From the NCBI GenBank assembly GCA_001898165.1, contig MKTD01000003.1, forward strand, positions 58,214 through 122,213: 64,000 nucleotides of DNA, in the 5' to 3' direction. The position numbers and the translations under genes were made by a program. The notes under the pieces are model-generated. The model searched no databases, was not told the origin of the DNA, and saw only the letters and a list, made by a program, of their open reading frames with translations. This document shows positions 55,298 to 62,610 of the stretch, piece after piece; the stretch's first letter is position 1, and every line of letters starts with the position of its first letter. Origin of the DNA: Bacteroidia bacterium 43-41. GTDB lineage: Bacteria > Bacteroidota > Bacteroidia > Bacteroidales > Dysgonomonadaceae.

Positions 55298-56683
55298 TTA
55301 TTCCGTCATTTTGGGTTTATACATATCCTGTGCGGTAATGCCGCATTCCTTCATCATCCGGATACAATACTCCAGTTTACCGAAATCGGAATTGGAGTTG
55401 TTGGTGCCGAAAGTGAATTTCAGCCCGGCAGCTTTGGCTTTCTGAATAAAGGACTTGTGGGGTATCTCATACCTATTGTTGATTTCCAACACCTTACCGG
55501 TTCTCACCATTGCATCGATCACTTTGTTCTGACGTTCGTCCGTCCAAAGCATATCGTAACGATCGTTCATTGCAACGGGTAGGAAACTCGGATTTACATA
55601 CACATCCATCGGTTCATCCATTACCATGACAATCTTTTCCACAATCAGGTCCATGTATTCCTGTTCATCATCAATAAACACTTCATCCGGCATCCACAGC
55701 CGTGTTCTGTTGCCTTTCCGGTCTGTAAACGTCATGGCATCCGTGAATACATAATCGAACAGGTCGCGCACTTCTTTAGAAAAGGTAACCGGCCATTCGC
55801 GTCCTTCTCCCTGCATGGCCTGAACAAAGGGTTGACCTTGCATCCCGTTGAAATACCCGAGCACCTGTGCATCGTCCTGGATAGGAAACCCTATACCGCA
55901 ATTGGGCGCCAGTGCATAATTGATGCCGTATCTGCGCGATTGGGACTTGGCCAGGTCCAACGTCAGGTCTTCTTTCAGGTGCACGTGATAATCGAGTACC
56001 GGAAAATTGGCCTGATGCAATTTAATGATATCGTCCGACGATTCGTCAATAGCTTCGGCAAGCTGGCTGTCGATCAATGTTTTATCTATTTTCAGCGGTG
56101 TCACTTCAATGGATTTTACTTCAATGGCACCTTCGGTACTCCGAAGGGAGAAAGTGCCGTTAGAAAGGATTTGCAACCTGTTTTCCGGTGTACGGTACGG
56201 GTGGGCCGGTTCGATATACTCAACCAGCAACTCATCATTCACGGCAACCTCTATTTTTTTACCCTCTACCCTGATACGGATAGGAAACCATTCATTCCTT
56301 TTCACGATAGATTTTGTTAAGTTCCTGACCGATAACAAACTTCCGGTTTTAGTCCACCACTGCGAATTTTCCAGGTCGTTATTCAGTGCAACGGCATAAC
56401 CGCCGTCACCGTTTTTATCGGTATGAAAACGAATCTCCCCTTTTCCGTTATCCACTGTTCTTGCCGTGACAAGCAGTTCGAAATTGGTAAACATCCCATT
56501 TTTCAAGGTTATTTTACCGGTATCCTCCATCCGGATTACCGAATCCAAAGCAGCGACTGATCCTTCAGTTGACCAGCCGGTCATATTTTCTCCGTCAAAA
56601 AGGATTCTCTTCTTGTCCTGCTCGGTACAGCTCAGCAAAACAAGACAAAAAACAAACAAAAACGATACAATTCTTTTAGCCAT
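55298..56683 (-). CDS. Lipoprotein: DUF1080 (3-keto-disaccharide-hydrolase-like/LamG-like) domain fused to a PHP/amidohydrolase-like metal-hydrolase domain
   Basis: Lipobox LVLLSC. The N-domain reads LFDGENMTGWS...FELLVTARTVDNGKGEIRFH...IRVEGKKIEVAVNDELL. The C-domain starts FPVLDYHVHLKEDL and ends GLKFTFGTNNSN. Confidence 0.55.
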   Translation of the reverse strand: MAKRIVSFLFVFCLVLLSCTEQDKKRILFDGENMTGWSTEGSVAALDSVIRMEDTGKITLKNGMFTNFELLVTARTVDNGKGEIRFHTDKNGDGGYAVALNNDLENSQWWTKTGSLLSVRNLTKSIVKRNEWFPIRIRVEGKKIEVAVNDELLVEYIEPAHPYRTPENRLQILSNGTFSLRSTEGAIEVKSIEVTPLKIDKTLIDSQLAEAIDESSDDIIKLHQANFPVLDYHVHLKEDLTLDLAKSQSRRYGINYALAPNCGIGFPIQDDAQVLGYFNGMQGQPFVQAMQGEGREWPVTFSKEVRDLFDYVFTDAMTFTDRKGNRTRLWMPDEVFIDDEQEYMDLIVEKIVMVMDEPMDVYVNPSFLPVAMNDRYDMLWTDERQNKVIDAMVRTGKVLEINNRYEIPHKSFIQKAKAAGLKFTFGTNNSNSDFGKLEYCIRMMKECGITAQDMYKPKMTE

Positions 56684-56693
56684 AGTTTTAAAT

Positions 56694-57701
56694 TTAAAAA
56701 TTCAATAACAATTCAATCGTGAATTTATTAGCATCCATCTCTTCGTATAGATTCAGAATATCAAGCTCCCTATTCACAAAATACCACTCGTAATCGAATC
56801 GTAATATGGAAGAAAAATATTTTTTAGTAAGCCCAAAACCAAGGCCGACAGTTAACCTGTCCACATCAAAACCCTTTTCATTCCTATGCTTGTCAATGGC
56901 ATCCCATCGGACAGCGGGCACGATATTTTTGAATAAATAGGTCTCCTTAAGCGGAAATGCGTAAGCGCCCTGCACGTAATAAGCAGACATTTGATCTTCA
57001 TCCACGTCTTTGTTATCGCGCTTCATAAATTCCGTTTCCACTTTCCAGTTATCACCCCCGTAACGCAGATCCGCCCCGTAAAAAAAGTAATGTACTTTGG
57101 GAGTATTCAGGTAGTTGTAAAATTTAATTGTCGATCGCAATCCTTTCATGCTTCCGAGTTCGAAGCGCCCCCCGTACGACAGCTTTTCGCGCCAAACAGG
57201 GTCGTTGATCGTATTTCCGTTGTACGCCCCAAACTCGATGGAGGCAGGAACGGCATCAATCTTAAAATTATAATCGGCAAGAAAACCGATATCGCGAGTG
57301 CTTAAAAAATATTTTCCGATAAACGTACGGTTTGCAAACATAAGACTACCCGGCGAAACAACGTAAGAGTTAAAGAGAGGAATGCTTGTCTGTCCTAAAG
57401 AGAGTAACAATCCCTGTATGGGTTCAAAAGAACCGTACAGATCCAACACCTTAAAGCTGCCGTTATCGCTGAGCTCTATTTGCCCGCGGTAAGAAAAAGA
57501 AGGGGTAAGATAACCGCGTACGCCTATCCTGGAATTTCTAACGGAGAATCTGGAGCTTCCGATTTCAGGGGCATACTCAAACTTATTTTTCATAGTTCCG
57601 TCAACCTTGAACGTGGGATAACGAACAGAATCCGCTTCCTGTGCCGATACCAGCACGTAAGACATTATAAATATTAAGATTAACCTATTTTTTAACGCCA
57701 T
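56694..57701 (-). CDS. Outer-membrane porin (OprO/P-like phosphate/anion-selective porin family)
   Basis: Signal peptide, RFSVRNSRIGVRGYL..., alternating beta-strand pattern and a C-terminal aromatic residue (...IELLLNF). Confidence 0.6.
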   Translation of the reverse strand: MALKNRLILIFIMSYVLVSAQEADSVRYPTFKVDGTMKNKFEYAPEIGSSRFSVRNSRIGVRGYLTPSFSYRGQIELSDNGSFKVLDLYGSFEPIQGLLLSLGQTSIPLFNSYVVSPGSLMFANRTFIGKYFLSTRDIGFLADYNFKIDAVPASIEFGAYNGNTINDPVWREKLSYGGRFELGSMKGLRSTIKFYNYLNTPKVHYFFYGADLRYGGDNWKVETEFMKRDNKDVDEDQMSAYYVQGAYAFPLKETYLFKNIVPAVRWDAIDKHRNEKGFDVDRLTVGLGFGLTKKYFSSILRFDYEWYFVNRELDILNLYEEMDANKFTIELLLNF

Positions 57702-57705
57702 AAGA

Positions 57706-58254
57706 TTATACAGACATTTTTACTTTTTCCGCCTCCTTTTCAATCATTTTCTTTTTGATGTCCAATCCCCAGAAGTATCCGCCCAATCCACCGTCGGAGC
57801 GAATAACACGGTGGCAGGGAATAATGTACGAAACGGGATTATCGCCAATAGCAGATCCCACTGCACGTACAGCTCTTGGATTGTTTACGGCATTGGCGAC
57901 GGCCTGGTAGGAAGATAATTTTCCGGCAGGTATCTGCAGCAACGCTCTCCACACGTCCAGCTGAAAATCGGTTCCCGAAATATGCAGGGTAAGCTCCGGG
58001 ACTTTTTCGTTTTTGATGAAACCCAACGCGAGTTCATGCATACCGGCCTTCTGTTCCCGAAAATCGGCTTTGGGATAATTCTTTTTTAACGATGCCGCCA
58101 TCGGTTCCTTTTCTCCGAAACCGATGTAACAAATTCCTTTTGGGGTAGAAGCAATAATGGCCAAACCGTAATCGGTTTCATAAAAGAAATAGCTGATCAC
58201 CAAATCTTTCATCTCTTTTTTGCTCAAAGGAGCAATGGAAACGGAGTTGTTCAT
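57706..58254 (-). CDS. ogt: Methylated-DNA-protein-cysteine S-methyltransferase
   Basis: Active site IPCHRVIRSDGGLGGY preceded by SYQAVANAVNNPRAVRAVGSAIGDNP. The ATG at 58254 avoids overlap with apbE. Confidence 0.88.
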   Translation of the reverse strand: MNNSVSIAPLSKKEMKDLVISYFFYETDYGLAIIASTPKGICYIGFGEKEPMAASLKKNYPKADFREQKAGMHELALGFIKNEKVPELTLHISGTDFQLDVWRALLQIPAGKLSSYQAVANAVNNPRAVRAVGSAIGDNPVSYIIPCHRVIRSDGGLGGYFWGLDIKKKMIEKEAEKVKMSV

Positions 58255-58261
58255 AGTTGAA

Positions 58262-59275
58262 TTATTTTGCAAAAAACTGTTCAAACCCTTTGGAATAAGC
58301 AATGTCTAACGTGCTGTCGGGTTTCACATAAATAAAATAATAATGCAATCCGGGAATTTTTTGGGCAATTTCTTTCGACTTTTCCAATCCCGAAGCCATA
58401 AATGCCGTGGCATAAGCATCGGCCGTCATACAATCGTTAGCAATGACGGTTGCACCTAAAATATTTTGTTCCGACGGATAGCCGGTTTGCGGGTCGATGG
58501 TGTGGGCGTACTTTTTACCGTTTTTCAGGTAATAATTTCGATAATTTCCCGATGTAGCCAACGATTTGTCGCACAACGAAAGAATGGTTTGCAATTCATG
58601 CTGCATACCTGTGCTGTCGTCAACAGGCTTGTCTAACCCGATTCGCCAGCACACGCCCTTGTCGTTCACCCCTTTGGCAACAATCTCACCACCTATTTCC
58701 ACCATATAATTTTCAATTCCATAGCTATCGAACAATCGTGCAACCAAATCGCAGGAATACCCTTTGGAGATGGCCGAAGTGTTCAACTGCACTCTCGGAT
58801 CGGATTTTACGACATTCCCTTCGCTGTCGATCCTGATTTTGTCGTATCCCACAAATTCTTTCAGGCTATCGATAATTTCAGGTGTTATGCTGTCCATATT
58901 CTTGAATCCGAACCCCCAGGCGTTAATCAGCGGCGAAACCGTAATATCGAATTTACCTTCCGACATCCGCGAAACCTCCATGGCTTTGTTGAATACCTCC
59001 ATGAAAAGCGAATCGGGTTTCACGGGTATGTTGTTGTTTATTTTAGTGATGATCGTATTTTCCCTGAAAGGATTCAAAGACAGTTCAAACCTTTCTAATT
59101 CGGCCAGGATTTCACTTTCCAGCGATCTTTCGTAAGCGTATTTGATGTGGTACGAGGTATGAAAAATCTCACCGCTGTTTTGAAAATAGGTGTAGTTTCC
59201 CTTTTGATTGCAGGAAGGTAAAAGTAAGGTAAAAATGACTATAGGTACTCCTAAAAAAAATACATTTGCTTTCAT
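58262..59275 (-). CDS. apbE: FAD:protein FMN transferase (ApbE family), lipoprotein
   Basis: Lipobox LLLPSC, then GKFDITVSPLINAWGFG...LNTSAISKGYSCD...MVEIGGEI...LATSGNYRNY...HTIDPQTG...DAYATAF. Confidence 0.85.
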   Translation of the reverse strand: MKANVFFLGVPIVIFTLLLPSCNQKGNYTYFQNSGEIFHTSYHIKYAYERSLESEILAELERFELSLNPFRENTIITKINNNIPVKPDSLFMEVFNKAMEVSRMSEGKFDITVSPLINAWGFGFKNMDSITPEIIDSLKEFVGYDKIRIDSEGNVVKSDPRVQLNTSAISKGYSCDLVARLFDSYGIENYMVEIGGEIVAKGVNDKGVCWRIGLDKPVDDSTGMQHELQTILSLCDKSLATSGNYRNYYLKNGKKYAHTIDPQTGYPSEQNILGATVIANDCMTADAYATAFMASGLEKSKEIAQKIPGLHYYFIYVKPDSTLDIAYSKGFEQFFAK

Positions 59276-59276
59276 A

Positions 59277-60227
59277 TCAAATCTCCTTCTCTATTCGGTA
59301 ATTATTTCGATCGGGTGAGTTTCGCGAAATCAGTTCGCCCAAAAAACCGGTGAGGAAAAGCAGCGTCCCGAGAATCATCGTCGTGAGTGAAATGTAAAAA
59401 TAGGGCGATTCGGTTACCAACCGGTATGGATTCCCGACATACATATCGTACAGTTTAGTAGCGCCTACCAAAACGATGGCAATAAATCCAAGAATAAACA
59501 TGATGCTGCCCAACAGTCCAAAGAAGTGCATCGGTTTTTTGCCGAATTTATTCAGGAACCAGATCGTAAGCAGGTCGAGATAACCGTTCACAAAACGGTC
59601 GGCGCCGAACTTGCTTTTTCCGTATTTACGTGCCTGATGACGCACCTCTTTCTCGCCAATATGCTTAAATCCAGCATCTTTTGCCAGGATAGGAATGTAG
59701 CGGTGCATGTCGTTATATACCTCAATGCTTTTGGCCAATGAACGTCTATAGGCTTTCAGCCCGCAATTGAAATCGTGAAGTTTAATTCCCGACACTTTTC
59801 TTGCCGTGGCATTGAAAAACTTCGAAGGCAGGTTCTTGGTCAGTTTGTCATCGTAACGCTTGCGTTTCCATCCCGAGACCAGGTCGTAGCCCTCCTCCTT
59901 TATCATCCGGTAGAGTTCTGGAATTTCGTCGGGGCTATCCTGCAAATCGGCATCCATTGTGATTACCACGTTTCCTTCTACCTTTCGGAACGCACAATGC
60001 AAAGCGGGCGATTTTCCGTAATTGCGCTGGAATTTTATGGCTTTCACCCTATCCGATTGCTCTCGAAGCCCGGTAATTACATCCCACGAACGATCGGTAC
60101 TTCCATCGTCCACAAAAATAATTTCGTACGAGAAACCGTTTTCTTCCATCACCCGCTTGATCCACGCATGCAGCTCGGGAAGAGATTCTTCTTCGTTGTA
60201 GAGAGGAACGACAACAGAAATATCCAT
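59277..60227 (-). CDS. GT2 polyprenyl-phosphate glycosyltransferase (GtrB/DPM1-like, two C-terminal TM helices)
   Basis: ISVVVPLYNEEESL...IIFVDDGSTDRS...VITMDADLQDSP, plus C-terminal TM helices. Confidence 0.85.
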   Translation of the reverse strand: MDISVVVPLYNEEESLPELHAWIKRVMEENGFSYEIIFVDDGSTDRSWDVITGLREQSDRVKAIKFQRNYGKSPALHCAFRKVEGNVVITMDADLQDSPDEIPELYRMIKEEGYDLVSGWKRKRYDDKLTKNLPSKFFNATARKVSGIKLHDFNCGLKAYRRSLAKSIEVYNDMHRYIPILAKDAGFKHIGEKEVRHQARKYGKSKFGADRFVNGYLDLLTIWFLNKFGKKPMHFFGLLGSIMFILGFIAIVLVGATKLYDMYVGNPYRLVTESPYFYISLTTMILGTLLFLTGFLGELISRNSPDRNNYRIEKEI

Positions 60228-60239
60228 AACTTCTTATTA

Positions 60240-60267
60240 ACGATTTACGATTTACGATTTACGATTT
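60240..60267 (+). repeat. Perfect heptanucleotide tandem repeat (ACGATTT)x4
   Basis: ACGATTTACGATTTACGATTTACGATTT. It covers the last codons and stop of the DUF4199 gene and part of the 24-nt spacer to the GT2 start. Confidence 0.9.
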
Positions 60268-60779
60268 GCAGGTGTATATCTGCGTGCAAACGGCACAATA
60301 AACGCCGACAAAATCAGTCCGATAAAAACATCTGTCAGAACCACGTTGCTGAAGATATAATTCAGGGTTGTCGGCAACGGCTGGTTTTCAAGGGTATTCA
60401 CCATTGTTTCGCTTAAATTCATTGCCTTTACGGTCTCAATCATATTCTCATACAGTTTTCCCACAAATGCCTGGTCAATCCACGTGATGTGCACAAAAAC
60501 AATGACTGCTTCCAAAAGTGATGCAAAAAAGAACAGCATAATACCAAACTGAACTCCATGCCAATAGCCCATAGTATTGCTTACGATATCGTTTTTATAT
60601 TTCACCAGAAAATAAAACAGGATGAGCGGTGTACCGATAGACAGAAATGAGCCGAGTATATTTAAAGCCGGGATCCGGGTCGAGCCCATCACAAAAAGAT
60701 ACTTAAACATCCAAAACAACCCCAAAAAAACGCCGCCATACATGGCATAATTCATCAACTGACTTTTATCTTCCTGCAT
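60252..60779 (-). CDS. DUF4199-like small integral membrane protein
   Basis: 175 aa with 4-5 TM helices and no enzymatic motif. It lies directly upstream of the GT2 gene. Confidence 0.5.
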   Translation of the reverse strand: MQEDKSQLMNYAMYGGVFLGLFWMFKYLFVMGSTRIPALNILGSFLSIGTPLILFYFLVKYKNDIVSNTMGYWHGVQFGIMLFFFASLLEAVIVFVHITWIDQAFVGKLYENMIETVKAMNLSETMVNTLENQPLPTTLNYIFSNVVLTDVFIGLILSAFIVPFARRYTPANRKS

Positions 60780-60858
60780 AAATAATTATTTACTCACAAA
60801 AGTAACTAAAAAAGTCCTCTTTAGCCCTGTTTTTTTTCACAAATCATTTTGTGTTTAA

Positions 60859-60963
60859 CTAAAAACTGAATTTGCTGCCGGAATAGGGTTAGCCGCAATG
60901 GTTGGTGTGGTTCTGAACTTGATTTTGCCCAAACAGAAGGAAGAGAAAAGAAGTCACTGCTAG
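60859..60963 (+). pseudogene. Possible relic of the 3' end of a nucleobase:cation symporter (NCS2) gene
   Basis: A 34-codon open frame, bounded upstream by TAA (60856-60858), reads LKTEFAAGIGLAAMVGVVLNLILPKQKEEKRSHC*. This is a TM helix ending LNLILPK, as at the C-terminus of uracil/xanthine permeases. There is no start codon and no upstream coding sequence. Confidence 0.4.
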
Positions 60964-61043
60964 TACGCGGTATAAATTCAAATTTTTCCCCGTCAAAAAA
61001 CTTTCTGTTGAAAAATACGTTTAATGAAAAAGAACTCAATAGA

Positions 61044-61619
61044 ATGGGAGCGAACAAAAAGAAATCGTGGATTTCAAATATAATCTTTATCGGGTTAATC
61101 GCCCTTGTCTTGTTTACCCCCGTTGGAAGTAAACTAAAATATTGGGCCAGCAAGCTGATGGCTTCTTTCACCCCATCGGTGCAAAAAGTGGAAAAACGTG
61201 AAAGATTAACCGATTACCACTGGCAGCTTATCGATAACAACGGGCAATCCTTCAATTTAAGTCAGGCACAGGGGAAAGTGATCTTCCTGAACACCTGGGC
61301 AACCTGGTGCCCTCCTTGTATTGCCGAGATGCCTGTGATGCAGGAGCTTTACAACAAGTACAGGAATAATCCCGATGTGGCGTTTGTATATGCAACTACA
61401 GACCCCAAAGCTACGGTGGATAAATTTATGGCGGACAAAGGCTATGATTTACCGGTATACTACATTCAGTCTGCCCCACCCCCTCAACTGGCTTCCAACA
61501 CCATTCCCATCACTTTTCTAATCGGGAAAAACGGCGATATCGCCATCCGGAAAGTAGGTGCAGCCGATTGGAACAGCAAAAAGGTAACCGACACCATAGA
61601 TCAATTGTTGAAGGAGTAA
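61044..61619 (+). CDS. Membrane-anchored TlpA/ResA-like thiol:disulfide oxidoreductase
   Basis: N-terminal TM anchor (SWISNIIFIGLIALVLF), then GKVIFLNTWATWCPPCIAEMP (CxxC). The in-frame ATG at 61044 is preferred over the TTG at 61008. Confidence 0.75.
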   Translation: MGANKKKSWISNIIFIGLIALVLFTPVGSKLKYWASKLMASFTPSVQKVEKRERLTDYHWQLIDNNGQSFNLSQAQGKVIFLNTWATWCPPCIAEMPVMQELYNKYRNNPDVAFVYATTDPKATVDKFMADKGYDLPVYYIQSAPPPQLASNTIPITFLIGKNGDIAIRKVGAADWNSKKVTDTIDQLLKE

Positions 61620-61629
61620 ATTAAATTGT

Positions 61630-62601
61630 TTACCCTAACATCTTATCCATCACCCAATTGGTTCGCATAGCGGAGCGAAAGTCGCTTATGGGATAATCGC
61701 CGTTACCGTTCAGGTAATTCACAATGCTTTGTATCAGGTAAAACTGAATATTTTCAGGGTTCTCTTCGGTATATATTTTTTCACCGGAGGCATTGTTAAG
61801 GACGATAGGTGTGAAATGGAACGTGGAAAACCGGATAGAACCTCGCGAACCGATAATCTCTATCTCATCGGTCCGTTCTTTTACGGGAGCGGCAAATTCC
61901 CAGTGTCCGCTGCCTCTTACGCCCGATTTGTGCAACCACTCCCCGTCCACCGTATCTTCTACATCGTACAATCCTGCAACGTTTTTAGCCGTTCCGCTCA
62001 CTTCGGTGATTTCACCGAAAATAAAATCGAGATAATCCAGCTGGTGCGAAGCCAGGTCGTAGAAATACCCGGCACCGGCAACCTCTTTCTTCACCCGCCA
62101 GGGAAGTGTTTCCCAGCTTAAATCGGACGAATACGGCGGTATAATGAACCGGATTTTCACCTCGCCGGGCTCCCCTATTTCACGGCTCTCCAACAACTGC
62201 TTCACCCGTAGAAAATAAGGCAATGTCCGCCGGTAATATGCCACAAAACAAGGGACACCCGTCTCATTTGCCACTTCCGACATGGCCACACATTCCTCGT
62301 ACGAAGCTGCCATCGGTTTTTCCACATACACCGGTTTTCCCGCTTTCATTGCCGCAATGGCATATTCTGCATGCGATCCGGGAGGTGTGGAAACATATAC
62401 GGCGGTTACATCGTTGTCGTTTATCAACGCGTGTGCATCGGAATACCACTTGTTGATGTTGTGCCGCATCGCATAATCTTTGGCTAACTCCGCATTGCGA
62501 CGCATCACGGCTGCTACGCCAGATCCTTTTACTTTCCCGAAAGCCGGGCCGCTTTTCTTTTCCGTCACGTTTCCGCAACCGATAAATCCCCAGTGAATCA
62601 T
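61630..62601 (-). CDS. Gfo/Idh/MocA-family NAD(P)-dependent oxidoreductase
   Basis: MIHWGFIGCGNVTEKK Rossmann motif and ...AVYVSTPPGSHAEYAIAAMKAGKPVYVEKPMA. Confidence 0.85.
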   Translation of the reverse strand: MIHWGFIGCGNVTEKKSGPAFGKVKGSGVAAVMRRNAELAKDYAMRHNINKWYSDAHALINDNDVTAVYVSTPPGSHAEYAIAAMKAGKPVYVEKPMAASYEECVAMSEVANETGVPCFVAYYRRTLPYFLRVKQLLESREIGEPGEVKIRFIIPPYSSDLSWETLPWRVKKEVAGAGYFYDLASHQLDYLDFIFGEITEVSGTAKNVAGLYDVEDTVDGEWLHKSGVRGSGHWEFAAPVKERTDEIEIIGSRGSIRFSTFHFTPIVLNNASGEKIYTEENPENIQFYLIQSIVNYLNGNGDYPISDFRSAMRTNWVMDKMLG

Positions 62602-62610
62602 TATAAATAT

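Noticed and set aside
60821-61171. 116-aa minus-strand ORF spanning the DUF4199/ResA-like spacer
   Set aside because: It overlaps the 5' end of the well-supported ResA-like gene on the opposite strand. It has low-complexity composition and no motif, so I treat it as a shadow ORF.
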